DNA from: Candidatus Woesebacteria bacterium
GTDB taxonomy: Bacteria; Patescibacteriota; Microgenomatia; UBA10105; UBA927
Reading direction: 5' to 3'
Assembly: GCA_044223895.1 (NCBI GenBank)
Contig: JBGALL010000001.1
Location: forward strand, 27,506-91,505
Length of the DNA: 64,000 nucleotides
The first letter of the stretch is position 1; each line of letters opens with the position of its first letter. The notes under the pieces were generated by a model. It made no database searches. It was not told the DNA's origin and worked only from the letters and a program-made list of their open reading frames with translations. This document shows, one piece after another, positions 27,959 to 38,572 of this stretch. The position numbers were made by a program, and so were the translations under genes.

Positions 27959-29065
27959 TTACTTGAGATAGGAACCAGGATTTACCACTGCAGCACCATT
28001 AACTCGAACTTCAAAATGTAAATGGGTTCCTGTGGAACGACCAGTAGAACCCATCTTTCCAATAACCTGTCCTCTACTCACCTTGTCACCAACTTTTACA
28101 TAAATTTCTGATAAATGAGCATACAAGGTTGATAATCCACCACCATTATCAATAATAATGTGTCGTCCATAATCATATTTCAAATACTCTACCAAAATAA
28201 CGGTACCTTCCCCTGCAGCAACGACCGGAGGCATCGATGGATTCGCGATGTCAAAAGCTTTGTGATACCAGATAGGATACTGAGTAATAATGCCATTTGT
28301 GGGCCACATAAACTGCCCTGAGCCTCCTGAGACAAGTGGCGCCTGAGGGTTGGCGAATGATGGTGTCGATGGTCTCACTGGAGCCGGTGCTTCTGGCATT
28401 ACCCCATCAGGAACAATTAAGGTTTGTCCCACCGATAATCCAAAGGTATCAGAGTCAGTAAAATCATTAAAAATCCAGTTAGCTATTTTTTGAGGATCAG
28501 TTTTATACTTTTTAGCGATACTATAAATAGTTTCACCTTCACGCACTTTATGAACAATACCAGTAACTGGGGGAATTTTCAGTGTGTCACCAATTTTTAA
28601 ATTGGTACCAGACATATTATTCGCCCACTGAATTGTCTCTACTGAGATGCCATACTTGTCAGCTACTGTAGATAAAGTATCTCCCGTCTTAATGGTATAT
28701 TCCTCAACAATATCTCGGGGTTTATCTGATCGTTCTGTCTTTACCCCATATTCAGATAAATCCAATGAAGTCACTACCGCTGAGGGAGGCGTAAAGGAGT
28801 TTAAATCATTGGCGTAGGTGGAACCTGGATAGGTATCAGCCAGAATTGGGGCGGCTAATACACCGGTTGTAAATAACACAATGATAGAAAAATGCATGAA
28901 TGGGCGTTGATACATTCCCCTTCTGGCCATCAAAATATCAACCACGGTGTCTTTTTGGGTTTCAAACCAGTGGGAAAAGGTGCGGATGTGACGCTCAATG
29001 TAATATCGAAGTCCCCGATGCCATAAATTGAGGTCATCCAAGAAGATGGCAAATTGCCGCTTCAT
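27959..29065 (-). CDS. LysM-domain M23 family metallopeptidase (peptidoglycan hydrolase)
   Basis: Two LysM repeats (YTIKTGDTLSTVADKYGISVETIQWAN; HKVREGETIYSIAKKYKTDPQKIANW). M23 motifs HKAFDI and GSTGRSTGTHLHFEV. N-terminal TM anchor. Confidence 0.9.
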   Translation of the reverse strand: MKRQFAIFLDDLNLWHRGLRYYIERHIRTFSHWFETQKDTVVDILMARRGMYQRPFMHFSIIVLFTTGVLAAPILADTYPGSTYANDLNSFTPPSAVVTSLDLSEYGVKTERSDKPRDIVEEYTIKTGDTLSTVADKYGISVETIQWANNMSGTNLKIGDTLKIPPVTGIVHKVREGETIYSIAKKYKTDPQKIANWIFNDFTDSDTFGLSVGQTLIVPDGVMPEAPAPVRPSTPSFANPQAPLVSGGSGQFMWPTNGIITQYPIWYHKAFDIANPSMPPVVAAGEGTVILVEYLKYDYGRHIIIDNGGGLSTLYAHLSEIYVKVGDKVSRGQVIGKMGSTGRSTGTHLHFEVRVNGAAVVNPGSYLK

Positions 29066-29117
29066 CGTCTACGTAGAGTAACAAAAGATCAGGGAATACG
29101 CAACTTTTGAGGGTAAA

Positions 29118-30689
29118 TTAGTCGCCTTTAGCAAGTGATTCTAGAAATTCATCGTTCTTTTCAACTTTTCCAAGGCGATCAATTAACATGACTGTTCGTT
29201 CTTCATCTGAAAGCATAGATAACATATGTCGCAAGGTAGTAACCTTTTTCATTTTTTCTTCTCCCAAAAGGAGTTCATCATGACGTGTTCCTGATTTAGC
29301 GATATCAATTGCTGGGAAAATACGTCGTTCTTGCAATACTCGTGAGAGGTGCAATTCCATGTTTCCTGTCCCTTTAAATTCTTCGTAGATTAAATCATCC
29401 ATGCGACTTCCAGTATCTACTAATGCAGTACCTATAACAGTCAGAGATCCACCTGGTTGTGGCTGTCCATCTGGACCGGTTACTTCTACACATCGTGCAG
29501 CCCCTAAGAATCTTTTTGCTGGATACAAAGCTGCCGGATCAAATCCACCTGATAAGGTTCTTCCTGATGGATTAACGACTAAATTATATGCTCGGGCTAA
29601 GCGAGTAATAGAATCTAATAAGACGACAACATCTTTTCCCATCTCTACTAAGCGTTTGGCTCTATCCAAAGCAACTTCAGCAATTCTGGTTTGTTCTTGT
29701 GGTGACTGATCAAAATTACTGGCTAAAACTTCACCTTTGACACTTCGAGAGATATCGGTTACTTCTTCTGGTCGCTCACCAATTAAAGTCGCCATAAGAT
29801 GAACTTCTGGGAAATTAGCAGCAATACCAGCAGCTAATTCTTTGATAATAGTAGTTTTTCCAGCTTTTGGAGGAGAGACAATTAAGCCTCGTTGCCCAAA
29901 TCCAATGGGAGCAACTAAATCAATTATCCGCGTGGACAAAGGAATTTTTCCTGTTTCTAAGATCAATAATTTATTTGGATAAATAGGGGTTAAGTCTTCA
30001 AATTTAGGACGATTGGTCATTTCTTCCGCAAGTCGTTGATTAATTTTTTCTACTTTTAATAATCCCCAGTATCGTTCGTTTTCTTTTGGTTGGCGGGCTT
30101 GCCCTTCGACCATATCCCCGTTTCTTAAGAGGAAACGACGAATTTGGGATTGGGAAATATAAATATCTCGATCACTGGGGGTAAATTTAGGTCGTAAAAA
30201 TCCATGACCTTCTGGCATAACATCCAAAATTCCATGAACAGTCTCTGTAGGAACGTTAATATCTTGCGTATATCCACCATCTGGTGAGGCAAAATCACGA
30301 CGCATTCCCATACGACGATGTCCACCTTGGTTATTGTTATTGTTGTTATTATAGCGATTGCGATATCCACCGCCGCCATAATTACCACCACCATAATTAT
30401 TACCATTACCACGGAACTGTTGCTGAGGAGCAGAATGTCCAACATTTTGAGTAATTGGTTGACTGTCTACTGGTGGTAAAGGGAGTTCATTTCTCGGTTC
30501 TTCAGCAGGTCGAGCTACAGGAGCTACGCTTTCCTGAACTGGAGTATTTGATGGTGTACCTATAAAGTCATCAACAGATAAGTTTGCAGCTGGAATAGCT
30601 GGAGCTTCTTCTACGGGTTGAGTTTCAACCGCTTTGGTTTTGCGTGATGGTTTGGTAGTTATTGGTTTTCTGGAAGCACGGAATGCCAT
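29118..30689 (-). CDS. rho: Transcription termination factor Rho with ~150-aa low-complexity N-terminal extension
   Basis: It is collinear with E. coli Rho (recalled from memory) from [14 protein letters not shown] through [50 protein letters not shown] to the C-terminus. Confidence 0.95.
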   Translation of the reverse strand: MAFRASRKPITTKPSRKTKAVETQPVEEAPAIPAANLSVDDFIGTPSNTPVQESVAPVARPAEEPRNELPLPPVDSQPITQNVGHSAPQQQFRGNGNNYGGGNYGGGGYRNRYNNNNNNNQGGHRRMGMRRDFASPDGGYTQDINVPTETVHGILDVMPEGHGFLRPKFTPSDRDIYISQSQIRRFLLRNGDMVEGQARQPKENERYWGLLKVEKINQRLAEEMTNRPKFEDLTPIYPNKLLILETGKIPLSTRIIDLVAPIGFGQRGLIVSPPKAGKTTIIKELAAGIAANFPEVHLMATLIGERPEEVTDISRSVKGEVLASNFDQSPQEQTRIAEVALDRAKRLVEMGKDVVVLLDSITRLARAYNLVVNPSGRTLSGGFDPAALYPAKRFLGAARCVEVTGPDGQPQPGGSLTVIGTALVDTGSRMDDLIYEEFKGTGNMELHLSRVLQERRIFPAIDIAKSGTRHDELLLGEEKMKKVTTLRHMLSMLSDEERTVMLIDRLGKVEKNDEFLESLAKGD

Positions 30690-30809
30690 ACAAGAGGTGT
30701 TAAAAAAAAACGATTATACTGTTTCCATGGGATATTTATTGGGCTAGATACCTATACTATTTTGCGAGAAAAAGTAAGAGAACATTAAACCTTTGAGGTT
30801 ATCTGACGT

Positions 30810-30838
30810 ATTACACCATGGGAGTGTAATTTTGTCAA
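30810..30838 (-). promoter_or_regulatory. Candidate sigma-70-type promoter for rho with a ~110-nt leader
   Basis: The minus strand reads TTGACA (30838..30833), a 17-nt spacer, then TGTAAT (30815..30810). Confidence 0.5.
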
Positions 30839-30854
30839 TAGGTACAAATAACTA

Positions 30855-32498
30855 TTAATTTTTCTCGTATATGACCGTATTTCCGGAACGGAACACTTCA
30901 TGAGAGATGGTTGCTAGTTCAGATTCTGCCAATTTAGTGAATTTTTTCCTCTCTAAATCGCCTACTATTATATAGTGGACATTGTACTTATTAAGTACTT
31001 CTAAACGTTTCGCTGGGTCGTTGCCTTCGTATACAGCAGCAACTTCATCCTTTCTGGGTGATACAACATCATAGGTTCCTCTCCATAGCCATTCATGAAC
31101 TCCCCAGCCGACGACTGTTGGCATGCCTGCAAAGGCACTCATTCGATCGAAGTCAGTATAACTATCCCCATCTGCTTCAATAATCACGGGAATAGTAGCT
31201 AGATGAGAAGTAAAAAAGTTGTCATGTACATGACTGTCCATTTTTGACAAATTCTTCAAAAATGACCACCCAGATTGCTTGCCCACCGTAGCTTTAGCGA
31301 AGGAGGGCTCTGACGTTCTTGTAGAAATCCACTCCATTGCCGCGAAGTCGTCTGGATATTCACGCTGAAACCAGCTTAAACCATACAATCCTTTGTAGGT
31401 TTGTAGATTACCAAAATAAGAACGCACAGAAAAAAATGGGAAGATCGATACTAAAAACAATTGAGGGATAAGCAAAATAAAAAATAACCGTTTCCCCCAC
31501 GTCCTCACCAAAGCGTTAGCGACAGAGGGTTTTTCCGTTGCTGTGACGCTTCTTTGCAGTAGGTTTACAATTACATACCCACACAGCAATGAACACATCA
31601 TAAATGCTTGGTATCCTAGCTTAAACATAGTATTACTCCGGAAATGAGCCGGATATATATCCTTAAAGTAGAAAAACTCCGCAAAGAAAATAAGTCCGAC
31701 ACAGTAGAAGAACACAGTAATTAAAAATTTTTCAACTGGAGATGAGAATTCAAAAAATTTTCTTTTGGAAACGTTGAATTCCAAACTCTTAAATTTCAGT
31801 TGTTTAATAATTAAGGTAGTACCACAGAAGAAAAAGAATCCCCACAGCAAAGAAACCATCCACATTGGTGATTTCTGACACTTATCTACGGTTTCAAAAA
31901 TAATTGGACCAAACTTCATATTTTCCAATGCTTTTGGTGGACAATTGACGGCTAAGCCATTAGCAAATGAAGTAAACGTTAATAAGAAAGGAAGCGCCGT
32001 AAGAACAACCCCGATCACAGCAATACCAAGTCTCTCCCCTTTTTCCCATAGCCATTCATAAGAAAGGAAGGAAAATGATGAAGATTGAAATAACAACAGC
32101 AAGGAAAATAATCCCATATAGATGGGGCCATCGAGGGCATTGGTCATTAACAATATTCCACTGAGTACACCATATAATCCATATGGAGCTAAATGACTGA
32201 GCTTTTCCCGGTTAAGGGTAGCTTTAGCACTAGCAAACAGTGTTAATAACGAAGCTATAGCCAATAAGGCAAAAGGAATAGAGAGTACATGTCCATGATT
32301 ATCTGAAACGACAAATGAATAGCTCGGGAATTCGTGAATGGTAAACGGTATAAATCGAGTTGCGTTTGCATACCAATACGTATTTAATCCTTCAGGAAGC
32401 TTGGTAAAGAATTGATCGACTGGCCAGATAATTTTCCAAAATGGTGGTGGGGTGTCTTCACCGTTATAGCCTTTCGTAAAGGCATAAATCGTCTGCAT
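30855..32498 (-). CDS. DUF2298 / 'YYY' family membrane protein, C-terminal fragment (3 of 3)
   Basis: TIHEFPSYSFVVSDNHGHVLSIPF motif and a C-terminal soluble domain typical of this family. It follows two shorter same-strand ORFs that carry the N-terminal parts. Confidence 0.7.
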   Translation of the reverse strand: MQTIYAFTKGYNGEDTPPPFWKIIWPVDQFFTKLPEGLNTYWYANATRFIPFTIHEFPSYSFVVSDNHGHVLSIPFALLAIASLLTLFASAKATLNREKLSHLAPYGLYGVLSGILLMTNALDGPIYMGLFSLLLLFQSSSFSFLSYEWLWEKGERLGIAVIGVVLTALPFLLTFTSFANGLAVNCPPKALENMKFGPIIFETVDKCQKSPMWMVSLLWGFFFFCGTTLIIKQLKFKSLEFNVSKRKFFEFSSPVEKFLITVFFYCVGLIFFAEFFYFKDIYPAHFRSNTMFKLGYQAFMMCSLLCGYVIVNLLQRSVTATEKPSVANALVRTWGKRLFFILLIPQLFLVSIFPFFSVRSYFGNLQTYKGLYGLSWFQREYPDDFAAMEWISTRTSEPSFAKATVGKQSGWSFLKNLSKMDSHVHDNFFTSHLATIPVIIEADGDSYTDFDRMSAFAGMPTVVGWGVHEWLWRGTYDVVSPRKDEVAAVYEGNDPAKRLEVLNKYNVHYIIVGDLERKKFTKLAESELATISHEVFRSGNTVIYEKN

Positions 32499-32527
32499 AT
32501 TTCCATACTAGGTCACCAGATACGCGC

Positions 32528-32926
32528 TCAGTAAACCGGGACAATGATATACCATTTTTTTCCAATTTTTCGATTATGAAAACGCATACTGGTACGAAGT
32601 AATTGACAACTGATAGAAAAACTCATGGTGAAACATAAAGCAAAGATAGTAGTCAGCATTAAGTTGTATCCATAGGCCAAATCAATAGAAGAAAGTTTTG
32701 ACAACAATGCCATTGTCATATGTCCAAAGTAGTAATAGTTAATTGTTCCACCGGCATACCACATGTCTGGAGGAAAGTAAGAAGAGTTATAGATGGTTTT
32801 AGCAAAGCCATAATCCATGAATTTTTCTAGTCCACGAATATCGGGTTCGAAGGCTTTGATATAACTCCAAAAACTTAAACAAACCAAGAAAAATACCTCA
32901 AGGATAATCATTCTCCAAGAGATCAT
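32528..32926 (-). CDS. DUF2298 / 'YYY' family membrane protein, middle fragment (2 of 3)
   Basis: LEKFMDYGF..FPPDMWYAGGTINYYYFGH signature. Confidence 0.65.
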   Translation of the reverse strand: MISWRMIILEVFFLVCLSFWSYIKAFEPDIRGLEKFMDYGFAKTIYNSSYFPPDMWYAGGTINYYYFGHMTMALLSKLSSIDLAYGYNLMLTTIFALCFTMSFSISCQLLRTSMRFHNRKIGKKWYIIVPVY

Positions 32927-33285
32927 TTGACGATCTGTATCATTTCTTTATGTTTATCAGACTGTTTAAATGGACTCTGGATACCTATTATCCCTAATAT
33001 ACTGGTGATAATTCGCTGTGTTGAAGAAAGGTTTTGAGCAATGACTCCAATTGAAAAAAGCAAAAACAGACTAATTAAAATTGTAATCTGAGTAAATGGA
33101 AGTAGTTTATAACTTCCCAGGTACCAGGTTATAAAGGTTACCCCAGCCAGACCAACTGCTTTAGAAAGAAGATATCCTTGATCCCACCAAGAAGAGAATA
33201 ATTTTCTGGTTAATGGTAAGGCAGCTGCTCCAATGAGAAATAAAACCGCCCACCAACCAAGAATAAGAAATAAATCCTGAGACAT
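32923..33285 (-). CDS. DUF2298 / 'YYY' family membrane protein, N-terminal fragment (1 of 3)
   Basis: Three TM segments with WWDQGYLLSKAVGL. Its stop overlaps the next start (ATGA). Confidence 0.6.
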   Translation of the reverse strand: MSQDLFLILGWWAVLFLIGAAALPLTRKLFSSWWDQGYLLSKAVGLAGVTFITWYLGSYKLLPFTQITILISLFLLFSIGVIAQNLSSTQRIITSILGIIGIQSPFKQSDKHKEMIQIVK

Positions 33286-33330
33286 AAGATAGATTATAGG
33301 AAGAAGCTTCTCCCCTGTCTATAAATACCG

Positions 33331-33336
33331 TATCAT
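33331..33336 (+). promoter_or_regulatory. -10 box with leaderless geometry
   Basis: TATCAT, then 6 nt, then ATG 33343. Confidence 0.35.
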
Positions 33337-33342
33337 ATTTAC

Positions 33343-35109
33343 ATGCGTAAACGGCTCACTCAAAAAATCCCCTGGGAAAAAATCCTTTTTATTATCTTTT
33401 TCTTTTTTTCGTTTTTTATCATGGTCCATACATTTACCTATGATTCAAATAAACAGGAGATGCTGATGGCCTCTCGGGTTTGGAGTGATTTTGGCGCAAA
33501 CATACCACTTATCCGTTCATTTTCACTGGGCGATAACTGGCCACCGGAATATGCAATTTATCCTGGTGAAAAAATTCGCTACCATTTTCTTTTTTATTAT
33601 CTTGTTGGGGCATTAGAACATTCTGGTGTCCGCATTGATTGGGCTATGAATATACCGAGCATCCTTGGGTTTTTCCTTTTACTGATTTTTATCTATAAAT
33701 TAGCTAGCTTACTATTTGAACGAAAAAGTATTGGTCTTCTTTCGGTACTATTTTTTTTGTTAAATGGTTCCTTCTCCTTCTTAAAATTTTTTGAAAAACA
33801 TCCCTTTGGTATCTCTACCTTGAAAGATATCTTTACATCGAACCAATTTTCTACCTTTGGACCTTGGGATGGGAATCTGGTTACTGCTTTTGTTCATCTG
33901 AATGTTTATACAAATCAACGACATTTAGCCCTATCATTCGCAATTGTATTAGCAATTCTCTATTTGTTACTTAAATACCAATTTGAACAACAGACAATTT
34001 TTCAGAAAAAACAAACCTTGTTACAGCGGATAAAACAACGAACTGTGACAGCGTTCAAAGAATTGAAACCCACGACACATACCTTACTTATGGGGCTTTT
34101 TGCAGGTCTACTGGTGGGAAGTTTGTTTTTTCTGAATCATCCAGCGCTGTTAGTTAGTGTAATCTTCTGTGGATATTTGTTCATCTTTCATGGCAAAACT
34201 AGATTTCCTCTGTTTATCACCTTGCTAGTTACTCTTCCGTTCTTATGGTACTTCTTTCAAATAGCTGCCCCTGGTGGAACACCGACCTGGGAAATTGGCT
34301 ATTTATCGCACAAACCATTTGAATGGAAAACATTTATAGAATTCTGGTTTCATAATTTAGGTCTTCATCTGATATTCATTCCTATTGGGTTTGTCATTGC
34401 TCCCAAAAAAATTCGTTTCTTATGTATTCCTCTACTGATCTTGTTCATCGTCCCTAATCTCTATCGTTTTTCGGTAGATATGATTAATAATCACAAATTT
34501 TTTAACTTTTTTGTTCTCATTGGAAATATGTATAGTGCCTATGTTGTAGTTTCTGTGGAACGATTTTTTTCCCGCCATATTGCAACCATTCGTCATAAAG
34601 TCGTTCGACTAAGTTTCTACGTTCCATTATCTGGAGTGGTAACAATCTGTATCTTTTTTCTAACCTTCTCCGGATTTCTTGATTTTATGCCTATCGTCAA
34701 TGATTATTATTTAGTTCTTGATGATATCCCTGCCAATAAAGATGCTAGTTTTATTGCAAAGAATACCCCGGCAAATGCGGTTATTCTCAATAGTACCTGG
34801 TTTTACCATCCTGCATCATTAGCAGGGAGAAAAATTTATAATGGATATTCATTTTTTACCTGGTCTGCTGGGTATGATGCCTACGGACGAGAAGCTATTG
34901 TCAAAGAAATATTTCATTCTGATGATAAAAATCACATATGTAACTTGCTCTATCACGAAAATATCAGTTACATAGAATTAAATAGAAATCCTGAGAACTT
35001 TCTCAAACCAATTAATCCTTTATGGGAAACCTTATTGCCATGGTACGACAATCAAGAAACCGGTGTACGTTTATTCAAAAGGAGCGATATTTGTGAAACC
35101 ACGAACTAA
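33343..35109 (+). CDS. Polytopic membrane protein, GT-C-like
   Basis: About 12 hydrophobic segments. C-terminal soluble domain ending ..YHENISYIELNRNPENF, as in the other paralogs. Confidence 0.55.
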   Translation: MRKRLTQKIPWEKILFIIFFFFSFFIMVHTFTYDSNKQEMLMASRVWSDFGANIPLIRSFSLGDNWPPEYAIYPGEKIRYHFLFYYLVGALEHSGVRIDWAMNIPSILGFFLLLIFIYKLASLLFERKSIGLLSVLFFLLNGSFSFLKFFEKHPFGISTLKDIFTSNQFSTFGPWDGNLVTAFVHLNVYTNQRHLALSFAIVLAILYLLLKYQFEQQTIFQKKQTLLQRIKQRTVTAFKELKPTTHTLLMGLFAGLLVGSLFFLNHPALLVSVIFCGYLFIFHGKTRFPLFITLLVTLPFLWYFFQIAAPGGTPTWEIGYLSHKPFEWKTFIEFWFHNLGLHLIFIPIGFVIAPKKIRFLCIPLLILFIVPNLYRFSVDMINNHKFFNFFVLIGNMYSAYVVVSVERFFSRHIATIRHKVVRLSFYVPLSGVVTICIFFLTFSGFLDFMPIVNDYYLVLDDIPANKDASFIAKNTPANAVILNSTWFYHPASLAGRKIYNGYSFFTWSAGYDAYGREAIVKEIFHSDDKNHICNLLYHENISYIELNRNPENFLKPINPLWETLLPWYDNQETGVRLFKRSDICETTN

Positions 35110-36955
35110 AGTACTAGCCGCCATTTATTTTGTAATGATTCTGGGTGTAGCCGCTTTTTCCAGATTCTATGGAAATAATTGGGATCAAGGGCAACATTTA
35201 AATCCAGACGAACGATTTTTAACGATGGTCGCAACTGGCATGGAGTGGCCAGCAAGCGTGAAAGAATATCTCGATACAGATCGTTCCAAACTTAATCCCC
35301 ATAATAACAAAAACGATTTTTATGTTTATGGTACCTGGCCAGTTATCTTGGTAAAGTTTATTGCGGAGAAAATGCATCAGGGAGATTATGGTGGACTGAC
35401 GTTAATAGGCCGAATAATTTCAGGACTATGTGACATGCTTACATTAATGGTGGTTTTTCTCTTCGGAAAACGTCTTTCATTTCTGTTGAGAGCGAATGCT
35501 CAGCATGACAAGCGACAGACTGAACCTCGAGATTTGGTAATGGGACTTTTCAGTATGGGGTTATATGGATTAATGGCTCTCCCTATCCAACTCTCGCATT
35601 TCTACACAACCGACCCTTACCTAACTCTATTCTTAACAATTTCCTTGTTTATCCTCTTATTCTCTCCTTCTTTAGGAACCGGAGTCCTGTTGGGAGTATC
35701 CACTGGATTCGCCTTATCTGCAAAAATTTCTGGATTCCTAATATTTCCGGTTATTTGTCTCTATGGATTGGTATATATTTTCCCTGAGTTGTCTTCGGCA
35801 ATAAAAAGGTCCTATAGGAATAGTTTTAACACCGAAAAATCAGTGTGGAAAAGTCTTTTTAGCAAATGTGTTCAATTATTCATATTTTACTCAGTTTTTA
35901 GCGTATTTTTTTACTTGTCTTTTCGTTTACTAATGCCCTATTTATTCGCAACTCCCAATCTAATTACCGTTTCACTCAATCATAAAGTTTTAGACAATTG
36001 GAAAACACTAGAGGGCTTTAATAATGCGAACGCCTGGTTCCCTCCCAGTGTCCAATGGATTAATCAAGCAAAAATAAGTTATCCTTTTTTTGATATTGCC
36101 TTCATCGGCTTAGGATTGCCCATGGCAATGGTATGTTTTTCAGGAATTCTCCTTGCCATAAAAAAAACTAAAAAATATTCAATCCTTTTACTTCCACTGG
36201 CAGTAGTCGGGGTCACCTTTTTTTATCAGGGAGTACAGTTTGGAATGAACATGCGATATTTTCTTCCTTTATATCCTGTATTTGCGGTAATGGGTGGGCT
36301 TTTTCTCTTAACAGTCTATTCATCATCTCTATGGAAAAAACAACCAGTGAGGATTAGCAGTGGAATTCTTATAGGGATTAGTTTACTTATCTGGCCAGTT
36401 TCGTTTCTGAGAATTTACACCAGACCACATTCCCGCGTATCTGCCTCTGAGTGGATATACACCAACATCCCCCCCGGGAGTCATGTGAGTTACGAACATT
36501 GGGATGACCCACTACCACTAAATCTTCCTGATTACCCGGCGAGCAATAACTATCCTGGAGTAGAACTTCCAATGTTTGGCGATGATTCTCCAGAAAAATG
36601 GAAAGATCTTGAGAAAAAATTAGATACGGTAGATTATCTTGTACTTTCGAGTAATCGTGTTTATGGATCTACCGGTTCTGTACCCGAACGATATCCTCTG
36701 ACAGCAAAATTTTATGATCAGTTATTTTCGGGGAAATTAGCCTTCAAAAAAGTTGCCGAGTTTACCTCCAGACCAGGTTTATCCATTCCAATAGATGCGT
36801 GTATCCCGATCCCCCTATTTAATTATGGATTTCTTGATACTCGTACCAAAGTGAAACAACCATGTCAGGGAATTGAATTTATCGATGATTATACCGATGA
36901 ATCATGGACAGTCTATGATCATCCAAAAGTGACTATTTTCCAGAAAAAATTCTGA
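35093..36955 (+). CDS. Polytopic membrane protein, GT-C-like with first-loop DE motif
   Basis: HLNPDERFLTMV in the first loop. The start is set to GTG 35093, 8 nt after AAAGGAG (35078..35084), one of the few clear SD sites in the window. Confidence 0.6.
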   Translation: MKPRTKVLAAIYFVMILGVAAFSRFYGNNWDQGQHLNPDERFLTMVATGMEWPASVKEYLDTDRSKLNPHNNKNDFYVYGTWPVILVKFIAEKMHQGDYGGLTLIGRIISGLCDMLTLMVVFLFGKRLSFLLRANAQHDKRQTEPRDLVMGLFSMGLYGLMALPIQLSHFYTTDPYLTLFLTISLFILLFSPSLGTGVLLGVSTGFALSAKISGFLIFPVICLYGLVYIFPELSSAIKRSYRNSFNTEKSVWKSLFSKCVQLFIFYSVFSVFFYLSFRLLMPYLFATPNLITVSLNHKVLDNWKTLEGFNNANAWFPPSVQWINQAKISYPFFDIAFIGLGLPMAMVCFSGILLAIKKTKKYSILLLPLAVVGVTFFYQGVQFGMNMRYFLPLYPVFAVMGGLFLLTVYSSSLWKKQPVRISSGILIGISLLIWPVSFLRIYTRPHSRVSASEWIYTNIPPGSHVSYEHWDDPLPLNLPDYPASNNYPGVELPMFGDDSPEKWKDLEKKLDTVDYLVLSSNRVYGSTGSVPERYPLTAKFYDQLFSGKLAFKKVAEFTSRPGLSIPIDACIPIPLFNYGFLDTRTKVKQPCQGIEFIDDYTDESWTVYDHPKVTIFQKKF

Positions 36956-36994
36956 TATATTCTTTAAAAAATCCAGCTGCTAAGATAGATATTG

Positions 36995-38572
36995 ATGAGT
37001 AAGAACATCATTGAATCATTTGTATTTCAGGGTACAGTTTTATTTTTATTTATTTTTCTCGCCTTCTTTTCGTCCGCAGTTGGTTTATATAATTCTGTTG
37101 ATGCACCGCAGTTTTTTACCACTGAATCTATTCTCAACTTTAGAGATTTTGATATATCTCATTTTTCTAATAGTCCTTTTTACTATACAGAACCTGATGT
37201 ATTTTATCGAAACGATCACACCTACAACATTCGTGGGTATATGGTCAGCGTTCTGTCTATTCCACTTCATTGGGTATCGAAAGCACTTCATTCTTTTTAC
37301 AATACCAGTTGGTTTGATGCCCAATTACATTCCGTAACTGATTTCTCATATCCTTTAGCCGTAACCTCCCTGTTCCCTGTCTTTTCTATTATTGGACTGT
37401 ATTTCTTTTGGAAAACGGCTAAGGAAGTTGGCACGGACGCATCTGCCACCATTACCACACTTATTTTGGCCTTTGGTACCTACATTTGGAAATATACCAA
37501 TACCTATTCCCGACTAGGAGTTGATGTGGCTATATTAGGAATATCTTTCTACCTATTCCATAAATCTTTTAGTACGAAAAATTTTAAATATAGTTTCCTA
37601 TTGTTGGTGATGATTGCTATTGCATTTGGCGTCGATACTATTTTGTTTTTAAGCTTACTACCTGCACTGATATGGAGCTTCATAAAAGTTTTTTCAAAGC
37701 AGAAATTACCAAGCAAACAGCAGAGTGTGCTATTGAGTATTCCAATCGTTTTAATCGGGGCAATTATCGGTGTGAATAAATATGTATACAACTCCTATAT
37801 CAGTATTCAAACATTACAACAACCCATTGTGAAGCAAGCCTTACAAGAAAATGCTCGAAAAGCGTGGATGTCTACTCCACTGTATCCAACCCTCTATTGT
37901 GTATTGTTTTGTGCAGGAAAAATTCCTGGAGAAAGTTTTAGCAATTTTGAAAATTTTCCAGAAGAAATTCGAACTTTTGCTTCTTTGACATTTGCAGAAA
38001 CAAACAATTTCTATGGAATTTTCACTGTTACCCCAGCATTTTTTCTCATCGTGGGCTTATTATTTCTTCGGCTTTCTGACTATGAACGAACGCTAGTAGG
38101 AATAGGTATGATAACCGTTGCCATTGGGGTTATTGCCAATGCAAAAGTTCTCGTCTTTTGGGGAGGCAATCAGTACGATATCCGATATTTTGTCCCATAT
38201 ACCCTCTTACTGGGATTTCCTGTGAGCTTATTTTTTTCTAAAGTCCAGAAATTACCAGGTATCGTAATAAAAAGCTTTCTCTATTTAACTGGACTAGGTC
38301 TAGCTATTAGTTCCATCTATATGGGGTGGTTGGGTGTGTTAGCAATGTATCTCCCAGCAGAAACAGGTGAAAATAGATTATTGGTTGCACCATCTGTGGG
38401 GGTATCGGTAATTCAGCAAATTGATCCAGCGGTACTATTCCGATTAACCTTTATGAACTTCCCGAACATCTTGATCGGAGGAATTGTTGCTCTGTATATT
38501 CTCTGTTGGTGTGGAGCTATTCGATTTGCTATTAAACATCATGCCGCATTTTTTAACCAACGGTACAAATGA
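36995..38572 (+). CDS. Polytopic membrane protein, family not recognised
   Basis: About 12 hydrophobic segments. ATG 36995 is preferred over TTG 36992. Confidence 0.5.
   Translation: MSKNIIESFVFQGTVLFLFIFLAFFSSAVGLYNSVDAPQFFTTESILNFRDFDISHFSNSPFYYTEPDVFYRNDHTYNIRGYMVSVLSIPLHWVSKALHSFYNTSWFDAQLHSVTDFSYPLAVTSLFPVFSIIGLYFFWKTAKEVGTDASATITTLILAFGTYIWKYTNTYSRLGVDVAILGISFYLFHKSFSTKNFKYSFLLLVMIAIAFGVDTILFLSLLPALIWSFIKVFSKQKLPSKQQSVLLSIPIVLIGAIIGVNKYVYNSYISIQTLQQPIVKQALQENARKAWMSTPLYPTLYCVLFCAGKIPGESFSNFENFPEEIRTFASLTFAETNNFYGIFTVTPAFFLIVGLLFLRLSDYERTLVGIGMITVAIGVIANAKVLVFWGGNQYDIRYFVPYTLLLGFPVSLFFSKVQKLPGIVIKSFLYLTGLGLAISSIYMGWLGVLAMYLPAETGENRLLVAPSVGVSVIQQIDPAVLFRLTFMNFPNILIGGIVALYILCWCGAIRFAIKHHAAFFNQRYK

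Noticed and set aside
27809-28021. 70-aa plus-strand ORF
   Set aside because: It overlaps tRNA-Ala(CGC) and the 3' end of the M23 peptidase gene, so it is spurious.
30125-30445. 106-aa ORF in another frame of the rho strand, and the 102-aa plus-strand ORF at 29401-29709
   Set aside because: The first is a by-product of the AAT/GGT codon repeats in the rho N-terminal region. The second lies antisense to the conserved Rho ATPase core. Rho homology explains the DNA in both cases.
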